The notes: generated from the letters alone by a model not told the origin. Positions 38,933 through 49,395 are shown, numbered from the stretch's first letter. The stretch is DNA of 64,000 nt from Naasia sp. (GCA_025463675.1 JAODAX010000067.1:892-64891), one strand, 5' to 3'. Translations and numbers: made by a program.

Positions 38933-39703
38933 ATGATCGAGCTGAGGACACCCGCCGAGATCGAGGCGATGCGCCCGGCAGGCGCATTCGTCGCGTCCGT
39001 CCTCGAGCGCCTCAAGGGGGAGATCGCGGTCGGCGTGAACCTCCTCGAGCTCGACGCCCTCGCGCACGACATGATCCGCGAGGCCGGCGCCGAGAGCTGC
39101 TACATCGACTACCACCCCTCGTTCGGCGCGATGCCGTTCGGCAAGGTGCTCTGCACGTCGGTCAACGACGCGGTCCTGCACGGGCTCCCCTTCGACTACG
39201 TCATCCAGGACGGCGACCTCGTCAGCGTCGACTTCGCGGCCTCTGTCGACGGCTGGGTCGCCGACTCCGCGCTCAGCGTGGTCGCGGGCACCGCGAAGGA
39301 CGCGGACCTGAGGCTCATCGCGACCACCGAGCGCGCGCTCGAGGCCGGCATCGCGGAGGCAGTGGCCGGCAACAAGACGGGCGACATCTCGGCCGCGATC
39401 GGCGCGGTGTGCCAGGCGGCCGGCTATTCGGTCAATCTCGACTTCGGCGGCCACGGGGTGGGCCGCACCATGCACGGCGACCCGCATGTCGCGAACAACG
39501 GCCGGGCCGGCCGCGGCGTCAAGCTGCGCCCGGGACTCGTCATCGCCATCGAGCCGTGGCTGCTCGCGACCACCGACGAGCTCTACACCGACGAGGACGG
39601 CTGGACCCTGCGCAGTGCGGACGGCTCGCGCGGCGCGCACAGTGAGCACACGGTGGCGATCACGGAGGACGGGCCGATCATCCTCACTCAGCGCGCCCCG
39701 TAG
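38933..39703 (+). CDS. map: Type I methionyl aminopeptidase
   Basis: CTSVNDAVLHG, DSA, GHGVG..MH, IEP and HSEHT motifs. Confidence 0.95.
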   Translation: MIELRTPAEIEAMRPAGAFVASVLERLKGEIAVGVNLLELDALAHDMIREAGAESCYIDYHPSFGAMPFGKVLCTSVNDAVLHGLPFDYVIQDGDLVSVDFAASVDGWVADSALSVVAGTAKDADLRLIATTERALEAGIAEAVAGNKTGDISAAIGAVCQAAGYSVNLDFGGHGVGRTMHGDPHVANNGRAGRGVKLRPGLVIAIEPWLLATTDELYTDEDGWTLRSADGSRGAHSEHTVAITEDGPIILTQRAP

Positions 39704-39747
39704 CTCCGCCGCCGGCCGCTCCGGGCTTTGCGCGCCGGAGGTGAGGG

Positions 39748-40437
39748 TCAGGCGCCGGGGAGCAGGTCCGGGCGGACGCGCCGCGTACGCTCCTCCTGCT
39801 GGGCGCGGCGCCAGCGGCCGATCTCCGCATGGTTGCCGGAGAGCAGCACGGGCGGCACCGCAAGGCCACGCCAGGAGGCCGGCTTGGTGTAGCTCGGGTA
39901 CTCGAGGAGGCCGTCGGTGTGGCTCTCCTCGTCGAGGCTCGCTGGGTTGCCGATCACGCCGGGGACGAGGCGCGCGATCGCCTCGATCATCGCGAGGGCG
40001 GCCACCTCTCCCCCGTTGAGCACGTAGTCGCCGAGGCTCAGCTCGCGCACCCTGGCCCGGGTGGCCGCGTGCTCGACGACCCGCTGGTCGATGCCCTCGT
40101 AGCGGCCGCAGGCGAACACGAGGTGCGTCTCGGTGGAGAGTTCCTGCGCGACCGCCTGGGTGAACCGCTCGCCGGCTGGGGAGGGCACGACGAGCACCGG
40201 CTCGTCGGCGCCGTCGAGGACGGCGTCGAGCGCCTCACCCCAGGGCTCGGGCCGCATCACCATGCCGGCCCCGCCGCCGTACGGTGTGTCGTCGACGGTG
40301 CGGTGCCGGTCGTGGGTGAAGGCGCGGAGGTCGTGCGCCCGCACCTGGAGGAGGCCGCTCGCGCGCGCCTTGCCGAGCAGGGACACATCCAGCACCCCGA
40401 AGTACTCGGGGAAGATCGAGACGATGTCGATGCGCAT
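39748..40437 (-). CDS. trmD: tRNA (guanine37-N1)-methyltransferase
   Basis: [40 protein letters not shown]. Confidence 0.97.
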   Translation of the reverse strand: MRIDIVSIFPEYFGVLDVSLLGKARASGLLQVRAHDLRAFTHDRHRTVDDTPYGGGAGMVMRPEPWGEALDAVLDGADEPVLVVPSPAGERFTQAVAQELSTETHLVFACGRYEGIDQRVVEHAATRARVRELSLGDYVLNGGEVAALAMIEAIARLVPGVIGNPASLDEESHTDGLLEYPSYTKPASWRGLAVPPVLLSGNHAEIGRWRRAQQEERTRRVRPDLLPGA

Positions 40438-40439
40438 CG

Positions 40440-41204
40440 TCACTCCGCGGTCGCGTCCTTCGCCTCAAGATCGGCGGCGGTGTCGGACCCGGGCTCGGCG
40501 TCGAAGGCGTCCGGTTCCGCGACCGCAGCCCCGGCCCCGGACTCGTCGGCCTCGGACTCGGACTCGGCGTCCGCCTCCTTGGTCGCGGTCGGCTTCGTGT
40601 CGGACCGCCCACCCTCGGGCTCGTCGTCGTCGTCCGGGAGGTCCTCGAACAGGCCCACCGGCGGGGTGACGGTCACCACCCGCTTGTCGAGGTCGACGCT
40701 CGGCACGATGGCCTTCACGAACGGCACCATGACCTCGCGGTCGCCGGCCTTCACCACGAGGAGGTCCTGCGCCGGGTGGTGCTCGACCCGGAGGATCGTG
40801 CCGACGGGCAGGTCATCGCGGTGCACGGCCAAGCCGACCAGCTGGTGATCGTACCAGGCGTCCTCCTCCTGCGGCTCGTCCGGCGACTGGTCGATCCAGA
40901 GAATCGCCTTCACCAGGCTCTCCGCGCCGGAGCGGTCGCTCACGCCCTCGAAGAAGCCGACCGGGTGGCCGTTGTACCAGCGCAGCTCGGTCAGCGTCAG
41001 CTTCTTGCCGTGCCACGGCGAGGACGTCGGCACCTGGAGGGTGAACTCGGCCCCCGGCGTGAACCGGCGGTCCGGGTCGTCCGTGAACAGCTCGAGCTTG
41101 AGCGCGCCCTTCAGACCGTGCGCCTTCGTCAGGCGCCCGACGCGTAGCTGCGGCTGAGCGGACCGCCCCCCGCTCGTCTGCTTGCGCGGCACTCCGGTCG
41201 TCAC
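40440..41204 (-). CDS. rimM: Ribosome maturation factor RimM with an acidic tail
   Basis: [36 protein letters not shown]. Confidence 0.94.
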   Translation of the reverse strand: MTTGVPRKQTSGGRSAQPQLRVGRLTKAHGLKGALKLELFTDDPDRRFTPGAEFTLQVPTSSPWHGKKLTLTELRWYNGHPVGFFEGVSDRSGAESLVKAILWIDQSPDEPQEEDAWYDHQLVGLAVHRDDLPVGTILRVEHHPAQDLLVVKAGDREVMVPFVKAIVPSVDLDKRVVTVTPPVGLFEDLPDDDDEPEGGRSDTKPTATKEADAESESEADESGAGAAVAEPDAFDAEPGSDTAADLEAKDATAE

Positions 41205-41437
41205 TCGTCGGTGTCGACGACGTCGACGCGCACGCGCCGACCGTCGGCCAGCGCAGCCACGAGGGTGCGCAGTGCCTTGGCGGTGCGCCCCGAACGACCG
41301 ATCACGCGACCGAGATCGTCCGGGTGCACCCGCACCTCGAGCAGCTCGCCGCGCGGCGTCGAACGCTCCGAGACCGTCACCTGGTCCGGATTGTCGACGA
41401 TGCCCTTGACGAGGTGCTCGAGTGCGTCAGCCAGCAT
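41201..41437 (-). CDS. khpA: KH-domain RNA-binding protein
   Basis: DLGRVIGRSGRTAKALRT; located between rpsP and rimM. Confidence 0.92.
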   Translation of the reverse strand: MLADALEHLVKGIVDNPDQVTVSERSTPRGELLEVRVHPDDLGRVIGRSGRTAKALRTLVAALADGRRVRVDVVDTDE

Positions 41438-41442
41438 GGTTC

Positions 41443-41856
41443 TTACGCGTCGCTCTCGGTCGCCTCGGCCTCGGGGGCCTCGGCAGCGGGTGCGGCGGCG
41501 GGCTTCTCGGTCTTGGGGCGCAGGACCGGCTTCTTCTTCGCGTCGACGGAGAAGGGCGCCTTGGGCTCCTTCACCTGAACGGTGCTGACGGCGTCCTTGT
41601 CACCCTTGAACTTGCCCCAGTCGCCCGTCAGCTTGAGGAGCGCCGCGACCTTCTCGGTCGGCTGCGCGCCGACGCCGAGCCAGTACTGGGCGCGGTCCGA
41701 GTCAACCTCGATGAAGGAGGGGTGCTCGGTCGGGTGGTACTTGCCGATCTCCTCGATCACACGGCCGTCGCGCTTGGTGCGCGAGTCAGCGACGACGATG
41801 CGGTAGTACGGCGCGCGGATCTTGCCGAGGCGCTTGAGACGGATCTTGACAGCCAC
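41443..41856 (-). CDS. rpsP: 30S ribosomal protein S16
   Basis: [23 protein letters not shown]; GTG start with AGGAG. Confidence 0.97.
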   Translation of the reverse strand: MAVKIRLKRLGKIRAPYYRIVVADSRTKRDGRVIEEIGKYHPTEHPSFIEVDSDRAQYWLGVGAQPTEKVAALLKLTGDWGKFKGDKDAVSTVQVKEPKAPFSVDAKKKPVLRPKTEKPAAAPAAEAPEAEATESDA

Positions 41857-42046
41857 AATTCTCCTGTGTGCGTGTTGAAGTGGGGAATCCGCGCCTGAGT
41901 TGTGGGGGCACACTCGGCGGAAGTTCGTAGAAGGAGTCCGCGCGCCAGATAGAGGGTCGGGCGGGAACGGACTCGACCAACAATTGTGACAGATTCCGCG
42001 ACGGTCTGCTCGCGCACGGCGGGTCCCCGGGCGGCGCGGGCTCCCG

Positions 42047-42100
42047 AGTCGCCCAGTTTCCGGGCAACTGGGTCGCGAGTTGCCCGAGAACTGGGCAAGT
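42047..42100. repeat. Nested inverted repeat / REP-like hairpin
   Basis: GCCCAGTTTCCGGGCAACT...AGTTGCCCGAGAACTGGGC, with self-palindromic arms; downstream of the DMT gene. Confidence 0.6.
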
Positions 42101-42133
42101 CGTCGGACTCTGGCCGGTCGCCGGAGGCGCCGA

Positions 42134-43063
42134 TCAGCCCACGCGCATCCGCGACCGGCGGCGGGAGAGGGCCACCCCCACGAGGCACAGGATCCCGCCG
42201 ACGATGGCGAGCAGACCCGGCACCTCGCCGAACGCGATCAGTGCCATCACGATCGCGATGGGCGGCACCAGGTAGGTGGTGACGCCCAGCCGCCCAGCCG
42301 GCATCCGCTGCAGCGCGTACGCCCAGAGCGTGAAGCCGAGCGCGGTCGGCACCAGGCCCAGGTACAGCGCACCGAGCAGCGCCGGCGGCGGCGCCACCTG
42401 CGCCTCCTGCACCAGCGCGGGCGCGAACGGCAGGCAGGCGACCGCACCGATGGCGGCACCGAGGAAGGTCACCTGCAGGGCCGGCAGGCGACCCAGCAGC
42501 GGCTTCTGACACAGCACGCCGCCCGTGTAGACCACCGCGGCCAGCAGGGCGGCGAGGACACCGAACGTCGAGTCGAGGCCATGCGCCCCGCTCGCCGCCC
42601 CGATCAGCAGCACGCCCGCGAAGGAGACGCCCGCGCCGATCACGATCCACCGGCGCAGCGGCTCCTTGAGCACGAGGGCGGCGCTCAGCGCCAGCAGGAT
42701 CGGACTGATGTTGACCACCATGGACGTGGTCCCGGCGTCGAGGGTCAGCTCGGCGAAGTTCAGCGCCACGTTGTAGCAGCCGAACCACAACACGCCGAAG
42801 CCGGCGAGGAGGAGCCACTCCTGACCCGTCGGGGCCACCCAGCGGCGCCCGATCGTGAACAGCCCGAGCGCGAGGGTGCCGACGAGCAGCCGAGCCAGGG
42901 CGAGCGCGCCCGGCGACAGCGCCGTGCCCACGCCGCGGATGACGACGAAGGCGCTGGCCCAGGCGAGCAGCGTCACGCCGATCGCGAGCGGCACGGCCCA
43001 TGCCCGCGTCGGCGCCCCGGACCCGGCCTCGGGGATGGGGCTGGTGCGGGTTCCGGTGCTCAC
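42134..43063 (-). CDS. DMT/EamA family transporter
   Basis: About 10 TM helices; WASAFV, LKEPL and FGEVP motifs. Confidence 0.9.
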   Translation of the reverse strand: MSTGTRTSPIPEAGSGAPTRAWAVPLAIGVTLLAWASAFVVIRGVGTALSPGALALARLLVGTLALGLFTIGRRWVAPTGQEWLLLAGFGVLWFGCYNVALNFAELTLDAGTTSMVVNISPILLALSAALVLKEPLRRWIVIGAGVSFAGVLLIGAASGAHGLDSTFGVLAALLAAVVYTGGVLCQKPLLGRLPALQVTFLGAAIGAVACLPFAPALVQEAQVAPPPALLGALYLGLVPTALGFTLWAYALQRMPAGRLGVTTYLVPPIAIVMALIAFGEVPGLLAIVGGILCLVGVALSRRRSRMRVG

Positions 43064-43201
43064 TGCTCCACGCTAGAGGGCGCCGGCGACTCCGCACCGG
43101 CGGTATTCGGACGCGGCAACGACGGCACGCAGGTTGGCAGAAAGCTGACGGCTCCGCCAGGGGGAGCCCTCGCGACCGCGCCCGAATGCCAGGATTGCGG
43201 C

Positions 43202-44347
43202 GTGCACATCGACTTCAGCCGCTCCGAGCGCTCCACGCTGGGCCTCGAGTGGGAGCTCGCCCTCGTGGATCACGCGAGCGGCGACCTCGCGCCCGCGGCC
43301 CCAGAAATCCTCGAGGCGCTCGCGGTCACCGAAGAGGACGGCTCGCGCATCACGACAGAGCTGCTGACCAACACGGTCGAGGTGATCACCGGCGTGCACA
43401 CCGATGTGGCGAGCGCGGTGCACGACCTCGAGGGCACGATCGACCTCATCCGAGACGCCGCCGAACCGCTCGGGGTCGATTTGATGTGCGCCGGCACGCA
43501 TCCGTTCGCGCAGTGGACGCAGCAGCGCGTCACCGACAAGGAGCGCTACGCCACCCTCATCGACCGGACCCAGTGGTGGGGCCGGCAGATGCTGATCTGG
43601 GGCGTGCACATGCATGTCGGCGTGGAGGACAGGTCGAAGGTCCTGCCCATCGTGAACGGGCTGCTCCCCTACTACCCGCACCTGCAGGCGCTGTCCGCAT
43701 CCAGCCCGTTCTGGGGCGGCGAGGCCACCGGCTACGCGTCCAGCCGGGCGCTCATGTTCCAGCAGCTGCCCACGGCGGGCCTGCCGCCGCAGTTCGACTC
43801 GTGGGGCGAGTACGAGGCGATGGTCGCCGACATGCTGCACGTCGGCGTCATCGATCAGGTGGACGAGCTGCGCTGGGACGTCCGCCCGTCGCCGAAGTGG
43901 GGCACCGTCGAGGTGCGCGCGTGCGACGGCCTGTCGAGCGTGCAGGAGGTCCGCGCCATGGCGGCCCTCGTGCAGTGCCTCGTGGAGGACCTCTCCGACT
44001 CCCTCGACCGCGGGATCGTCCCGCCGACCATGCAGCCATGGTACGTGCGCGAGAACAAGTGGCGTGCCGCCCGGTACGGCATGGAAGCGATCATCGTGCA
44101 GAACGCCGCCGGCGACGAGCGCCTCGTCACCGAGGACACGCGCGACCTCATCGCTCGCCTCGACCCGATAGCGGAGCGGCTCGGCTGCGCGAACGAGCTG
44201 CACGAGATCGAGGTCATCCTTGATCGCGGCGCGAGCTATGAGCGGCAGCTGAGTACGGCGGCCCGCAACGGCGGCAGCCTGAAGGCGGTCGTCGCCTCGC
44301 TCGTCGCCGAGCTGCGCGACGGCATCCCGCCCGCCATCACCCCGTAA
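43202..44347 (+). CDS. Glutamate--cysteine ligase 2 (YbdK family carboxylate-amine ligase)
   Basis: TLGLEWELALVD, GTHPF, GVHMHVG, SASSPFW, WDVRP, GTVEVR, ENKWRAARYG. Confidence 0.92.
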   Translation: MHIDFSRSERSTLGLEWELALVDHASGDLAPAAPEILEALAVTEEDGSRITTELLTNTVEVITGVHTDVASAVHDLEGTIDLIRDAAEPLGVDLMCAGTHPFAQWTQQRVTDKERYATLIDRTQWWGRQMLIWGVHMHVGVEDRSKVLPIVNGLLPYYPHLQALSASSPFWGGEATGYASSRALMFQQLPTAGLPPQFDSWGEYEAMVADMLHVGVIDQVDELRWDVRPSPKWGTVEVRACDGLSSVQEVRAMAALVQCLVEDLSDSLDRGIVPPTMQPWYVRENKWRAARYGMEAIIVQNAAGDERLVTEDTRDLIARLDPIAERLGCANELHEIEVILDRGASYERQLSTAARNGGSLKAVVASLVAELRDGIPPAITP

Positions 44348-45146
44348 CGCGGGCGCGCTCGCGCCAGGCGAGGAGGCGGCGCACCGGCTCGAGGTCATAG
44401 TCCGGGCCGCTGATGCCCACCGTGAAGAGGCGCACGCCGAGCCCGTGCAGAGCGTCGAGCCGGGGCTCCTCGAAGGTGAGCGGGACGCCCGTCGAGATCT
44501 CGATCTCCGCGACGTCGCGGCCGACGGCCTCCGCGTGGCCGGCGAGCACCTCCAGCTTGTGCTCGAGGGCCGCCGGGTTGGCGAAGCTGTGCCAGATGTC
44601 GGCGTGCTCCGCGACGATGCGGAGCGTCTTCTTCTCTCCGCCGCCGCCGATCAGGATGGGAATGTCGCGCACGGGTGCCGGGTTCAGCTTCGTCCAGCGA
44701 TCGCGGATGATCGGCAGGTCGCCGGCGAGCGCGTCGAGGCGCTGGCCGGCGGTGCCGAACTCGTAGCCGTACTCGTCGTAGTCGTGCTGGAACCACCCCG
44801 ACCCGGTGCCGAAGACGAACCGGCCGCCGCTGATCTGGTCGACGGTGCGAGCCATGTCGGCCTGCAGGTTCGGGTTGCGGTAGCTGTTGCAGTTGACGAG
44901 CGGGCCGAACTCGACGCGGCTCGTCTGCTCCGCCCACGCCGCGAGCAGGGTCCAGCTCTCGAAGTGCAGGCCGCCGCGGTCGCCGTTCAGCGGGAAGAAG
45001 TGATCCCAGTTGAAGACGATGTCGACGCCGAGGTCCTCCGCCTCCCGGACGGCGTCGCGGATGCTGCCGTACTCGGCGTGCTCTGGAGCCACCTGGACTC
45101 CGATGCGGATGGGGCGGGTGGTTGCGGCGAAGGCGTCGATACTCAC
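44337..45146 (-). CDS. LLM-class (F420-type family) oxidoreductase
   Basis: WDHFFPL, YRNPNLQADMARTVD, GGRFVFGTGSGW, IGGGGEKKTL. Confidence 0.9.
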   Translation of the reverse strand: MSIDAFAATTRPIRIGVQVAPEHAEYGSIRDAVREAEDLGVDIVFNWDHFFPLNGDRGGLHFESWTLLAAWAEQTSRVEFGPLVNCNSYRNPNLQADMARTVDQISGGRFVFGTGSGWFQHDYDEYGYEFGTAGQRLDALAGDLPIIRDRWTKLNPAPVRDIPILIGGGGEKKTLRIVAEHADIWHSFANPAALEHKLEVLAGHAEAVGRDVAEIEISTGVPLTFEEPRLDALHGLGVRLFTVGISGPDYDLEPVRRLLAWRERARVTG

Positions 45147-45204
45147 CCGATGGAGCCTAGATCGGCCGACCGGGTGAGCAGCGCAGCCGGGTACCCTCGG
45201 GCAG

Positions 45205-46014
45205 GTGATGGATCCCGTCGTCTCCGCCGACTGGCTGCACGAGCACCGCAATGCGGTGGTGATCGCCGACTGCCGCTGGTACCTGGACGGCCGATCTGGC
45301 CGGGCGGCGTACGAGTCGGGCCACCTGCCCGGCTCGGTCTTCGTCGAGCTGGACACCGCGCTGGCCGGGCCCGGCGACGCGGCGGCCGGCCGCCATCCAC
45401 TGCCACCGCCCGAGTCGTTCGCCGCCGCGATGTCCGAGCTCGGGATCGGCGACGAGGACACCGTGGTCGCCTACGACGACGAGGGCGGGGTGGTCGCCGC
45501 CCGCCTGGTCTGGATGCTGCGGTCCCTCGGGACCGAGGCGGCTTTCCTCGACGGCGGGATCGCCGCATGGCCGGAGCCCCTCGACCGCGAGCCCGTTCGC
45601 CGGGAGCCCGCGTCCTTCGCCCCGCGGCCGTGGCCGGGCCACCTGCTCGCGTCCGCAGACGACCTGGGCGGGGACGCGGTGATCGTCGACGCACGCAATC
45701 GCGACCGCTACCGCGGCGACTTCGAGCCGATGGAGCAGGTGGCCGGCCACGTCCCCGGCGCGATCAACGTCCCCTGCCGCGAAAACCTCGGTGCCGACGG
45801 GCGGCTGCTCGATCGGGACGAGCTCCGCCGGCGGTTCACGGCTGCGGGCGTCGCCCCCGGGGACGATGTCGTGTCGTACTGCGGATCCGGCGTCACGGCG
45901 GCGCACAACCTGCTGATTCTCGAGCTCACCGGCTTCGGCCGTGGCCGGCTCTACCCGGGGTCGTGGTCGCAGTACAGCCGACTGGCGCGGCCCGTCGCCA
46001 CCGGCCCGGACTGA
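45205..46014 (+). CDS. Sulfurtransferase (tandem rhodanese, SseA-like)
   Basis: GHLPG, GRHPLP, GHVPGA, YCGSGVTA, LYPGSWSQY. Confidence 0.92.
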   Translation: MMDPVVSADWLHEHRNAVVIADCRWYLDGRSGRAAYESGHLPGSVFVELDTALAGPGDAAAGRHPLPPPESFAAAMSELGIGDEDTVVAYDDEGGVVAARLVWMLRSLGTEAAFLDGGIAAWPEPLDREPVRREPASFAPRPWPGHLLASADDLGGDAVIVDARNRDRYRGDFEPMEQVAGHVPGAINVPCRENLGADGRLLDRDELRRRFTAAGVAPGDDVVSYCGSGVTAAHNLLILELTGFGRGRLYPGSWSQYSRLARPVATGPD

Positions 46015-46050
46015 GCCCGCCGGCCCCTCATGCTGAGGTGCTCGCCCCGC

Positions 46051-46590
46051 TCACGAGGCGGGGATGTCGCCGTACTCCGCGGTGACGACGAGGCTCGCCC
46101 GGCCGAGGGCCGCGAAGCCGGCGTTGAAGCCGAGGACGGCGGGAGTCGACTCCGGATCCAGGTCGAGGGGCTTGTCGAGCGCCCAGACGACGATGAAGTA
46201 GCGGTGCCGACCGGTGCCCTCCGGCGGGTTCGGGCCGCTGTAGCGGTCCTGCCGGAGCTCGTTCTTGATCGTCAGAGCGCCGGGCGGCAGCAGCTCGTGC
46301 TCGGCGTTGCCCGCGTTCGCGGGCAGTTCGGTGACGTCGGCCGGGATGTTGCAGACGGCCCAGTGCCAGAAGCCCGACGCGGTAGGCGCGTCCGGGTCGT
46401 AGACGGTGACGGCGAAGCTCTTCGTACCCTCCGGGAAGCCGGACCAGGACAGCTGGGGTGATACGTCCTCCCCGCCGCCGCCGGCCGCCCAATGCAGGGC
46501 GGGCACCGTGTCACCGTCCTGCAGGTCGGTGCTCGTCACCTCGAAGGAAGGCACCGCGGGGAAGATCGCGTACGGGTCGTGCTCGGCCAT
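46051..46590 (-). CDS. YbhB/YbcL family (PEBP / Raf kinase inhibitor-like) protein
   Basis: DVSPQLSWSG, YDPDAPTASGFWHW, GPNPP, HRY. Confidence 0.92.
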   Translation of the reverse strand: MAEHDPYAIFPAVPSFEVTSTDLQDGDTVPALHWAAGGGGEDVSPQLSWSGFPEGTKSFAVTVYDPDAPTASGFWHWAVCNIPADVTELPANAGNAEHELLPPGALTIKNELRQDRYSGPNPPEGTGRHRYFIVVWALDKPLDLDPESTPAVLGFNAGFAALGRASLVVTAEYGDIPAS

Positions 46591-46681
46591 GGGGGTAGGT
46601 CCTCTCGACCCTTCCACCCTAGATCGGCGACATGCGGCGAGTGCTCAGCCGACGCTCAGCCAAACGGACGCCGACCGCGGG

Positions 46682-48241
46682 TCAGCGGCCGAGCATCTTC
46701 TGCAGCGCAGCGAGCTCTTCCTCGCTGGGACCGCCGCTCGGCGCGGCTGCGCCACCGAGACCGAAGCCGCTCCCGCCCGCCGAGGTGGGGGCCTTCGCGC
46801 CTGCCGCGAACGCCGCGTTTTCGGCCGCGCGCTTCGCCGGGTTGCCCGAGCGCGAGCCCTGCGGCTTCTTCTTCTGCTGCTTGCCGGCGTGGCGCGCGCC
46901 CGGCATCGGGCCCATTCCGGGCATCTGCGGCATGCCGCCCCGGGCGACCGTCTTCATCATCTTCGCGGCCTGCTCGAAGCGCTGGACGAGCTGGTTCACA
47001 TCGGTCACGGTCATGCCCGAGCCGCGCGCGATGCGGAGACGCCGGGAGCCGTTCAGGATCTTCGGGTTGAGGCGCTCGGCACGCGTCATCGACTGGATGA
47101 TCGCCTCGGTGCGGACGATGTCCTTCTCGTCGAAATTGTCGAGCTGCTCGCGCATGCCCTTCGCGCCGGGCAGCATGCCGATCATCTTCTTGATCGACCC
47201 CATGTTGCGCAGCTGCTGCATCTGCTTGAGGAAATCTTCGAGGGTGAAGCTGTCGGTCGCGAACTTCTCGGCGACCGCGCGCGCCTCGTCCTCGTCGAAG
47301 GCCTTCTGGGCCTGCTCGATGAGGGTGAGGATGTCGCCGAGGTCGAGGATGCGGCTCGCCATGCGGTCCGGGTGGAACGGCTCGAAGTCGCCGAGCCCCT
47401 CGCCGGTCGAGGCGAACAGGATGGGCCGCTGCGTGACTGACGCGACGGACAGCGCTGCGCCGCCGCGGGCGTCACCGTCGAGCTTCGACAGGACGACGCC
47501 GGTGAAATCGACGCCCTCCTGGAAGGCGCGAGCGGTGCGGACGGCGTCCTGACCGATCATCGCGTCGATGACGAAGAGCACCTCGTCCGGATCCACGGCC
47601 TTCCGGATGTCGGCGGCCTGCTTCATCATGTCGGCGTCCACGCCGAGACGACCCGCCGTGTCGACGATGACCACATCGTGCTGGCGGTCCCGCGCGAACT
47701 TCACGCCATCCTTCGCGACGCGCACCGGGTTGCCGACGCCGTTGCCGGGCTCGGGCGCGTAGACGGTGGCGCCCGCCTGCTCGCCGACGACCTGGAGCTG
47801 ACCCACGGCGTTTGGGCGCTGCAGGTCGGCGGCGATCAGGAGCGGGCGGTGGCCCTCCCCCACGAGCCACTTCGCGAGCTTGCCCGCGAGGGTCGTCTTG
47901 CCGGCGCCCTGGAGGCCGGCGAGCATGATCACGGTCGGCGGGTTTTTCGCGAACGTCAGGCGGCGCTGCTGGCCGCCGAGGATGCCGATGAGCTCCTCGT
48001 TCACGATCTGCACGACCTGCTGGGCCGGGTTGAGCGCCTGGCTCGCCGACGCCTCGAGCGCGCGCTCGCGGACGGTGGCCGTGAACTGCTTGACGACGTC
48101 GAGGTTGACGTCCGCCTCAAGCAGCGCGCGGCGGATCTCGCGCACGGTCGCGTCGATATCCGCGGGGCTGAGTCGCCCCTTGTTGCGGAGGTTCGCGAGG
48201 GCCGCGGTGAGCCGGTCGGAGAGGGAACCGAAGGTCGCCAT
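46682..48241 (-). CDS. ffh: Signal recognition particle protein
   Basis: GLQGAGKTT, DTAGR, SKLDGDARGGAALS, Met-rich M domain. Confidence 0.97.
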   Translation of the reverse strand: MATFGSLSDRLTAALANLRNKGRLSPADIDATVREIRRALLEADVNLDVVKQFTATVRERALEASASQALNPAQQVVQIVNEELIGILGGQQRRLTFAKNPPTVIMLAGLQGAGKTTLAGKLAKWLVGEGHRPLLIAADLQRPNAVGQLQVVGEQAGATVYAPEPGNGVGNPVRVAKDGVKFARDRQHDVVIVDTAGRLGVDADMMKQAADIRKAVDPDEVLFVIDAMIGQDAVRTARAFQEGVDFTGVVLSKLDGDARGGAALSVASVTQRPILFASTGEGLGDFEPFHPDRMASRILDLGDILTLIEQAQKAFDEDEARAVAEKFATDSFTLEDFLKQMQQLRNMGSIKKMIGMLPGAKGMREQLDNFDEKDIVRTEAIIQSMTRAERLNPKILNGSRRLRIARGSGMTVTDVNQLVQRFEQAAKMMKTVARGGMPQMPGMGPMPGARHAGKQQKKKPQGSRSGNPAKRAAENAAFAAGAKAPTSAGGSGFGLGGAAAPSGGPSEEELAALQKMLGR

Positions 48242-48271
48242 AAGGCCGACAGTCTAGCCGCCTCCTGCTGC

Positions 48272-48325
48272 GTACGTTCCGGCGCCGATCGCGCGCTACG
48301 CCGCGCATTCCTCGCCGGAACGTAC
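48272..48325. repeat. Perfect 13-bp inverted repeat between divergent promoters
   Basis: GTACGTTCCGGCG-N28-CGCCGGAACGTAC. Confidence 0.75.
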
Positions 48326-48345
48326 TACCGGACTAGCGTGAGCGC

Positions 48346-49308
48346 GTGAAGGAAGTGCAGCTCGGCAGGACCGGGATCGTCGTGGCCGAGTTCTTCTTCG
48401 GCGCTGCCGGGATCGGCGGCATCGGCTCGTCGGCGGCGACCCGTGGCAGCGGTCTTGCCGTCACGCAGGGCGTCGAGCGCCTGAACGAGGCGTGGGATAT
48501 CGGCATCCGCGTCGTCGACACCGCCAACTCGTACGGCGGCGGGGCGAGCGAGGAGACGATCGGCCGCTGGCTCGACGAGCGGCAGCCGGAGGAGGCGCTG
48601 ATCGCCACGAAGGTCGGCGCACGGGTCGAGCGCGGCCAGGACGACATCGACCTCTCGGCCGCGCACATCGACCGACAGCTCACCGCAAGCATCCGCCGCC
48701 TCGGCCGCGTCGACCTGTACCTCAGCCAGGGCCCCGACGAGCGGACGCCGCTCGAGGAGACCATCGCCGCATTCGCCGCCGCCCTCGCCGATGGCCGCAT
48801 CCGGGCGTGGGGCCTCGCCAACGCGACGCCGTGGCAACTCGAGGAGGCGCTGAGCGTGGCCCAGAGGGAGGGGCTCCCCCGGCCGGAGTGGGTGCAGAAC
48901 ATGTTCAGCCTGCTCGCCCGCGCCGACGAGCGGGACCTGATGCCGCTCGCGCGCGGCGAGGGGCTCGGCTACACGCCGTACTCGCCGCTCGCCGGCGGCC
49001 TGCTCAGCGACCGCTACCTGGGCGGCGCGGAGCCGAAGCCCGGCAGCAGAATCGCCGTGGCACCCGCGCTGTACGCCGACATGTTCACCGACGGTGGCCT
49101 CGAGCGGGTGCAGGCGCTCGCCCGCCGGGCCCGCGACTTCGACGTGAGCACGGCGGGGCTCGCCCTCGCCTGGCTGCGCGCGCACCCGGGTGTCACCGCA
49201 CCGATCGTCTCCCCGCACTGGAGCGGCCAGTGGGACGCCGTGCACGAGGCGCTCGAGCTCGACCTGACCGAGGAGGACGCGGCCGCGATCACCGAGCTCT
49301 TCGACTGA
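48346..49308 (+). CDS. Aldo/keto reductase
   Basis: DTANSYGGG, ATKVG, VDLYL, PYSPLAGGLL. Confidence 0.88.
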   Translation: MKEVQLGRTGIVVAEFFFGAAGIGGIGSSAATRGSGLAVTQGVERLNEAWDIGIRVVDTANSYGGGASEETIGRWLDERQPEEALIATKVGARVERGQDDIDLSAAHIDRQLTASIRRLGRVDLYLSQGPDERTPLEETIAAFAAALADGRIRAWGLANATPWQLEEALSVAQREGLPRPEWVQNMFSLLARADERDLMPLARGEGLGYTPYSPLAGGLLSDRYLGGAEPKPGSRIAVAPALYADMFTDGGLERVQALARRARDFDVSTAGLALAWLRAHPGVTAPIVSPHWSGQWDAVHEALELDLTEEDAAAITELFD

Positions 49309-49318
49309 GTCGCAACCG

Positions 49319-49389
49319 CTCCCGGCAACGTTGCGACCTGACGGCGACCGCAGAACGCTGCCGTTAGGCCGCAGCGTTGCCGTTAGCCT
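49319..49389. repeat. Degenerate double-unit palindrome (family C)
   Basis: Units AACGCTGCCGTTAG (49354) and AGCGTTGCCGTTAG (49373) at 19-nt period; inverted arm GCAACGTTGCGACCTGACGGC. Confidence 0.6.
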
Positions 49390-49395
49390 CAAGCC

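Noticed and set aside
44337-44347. 3' overlaps of convergent genes (also 24307-24322)
   Set aside because: Short tail-to-tail overlaps are common in compact high-GC genomes
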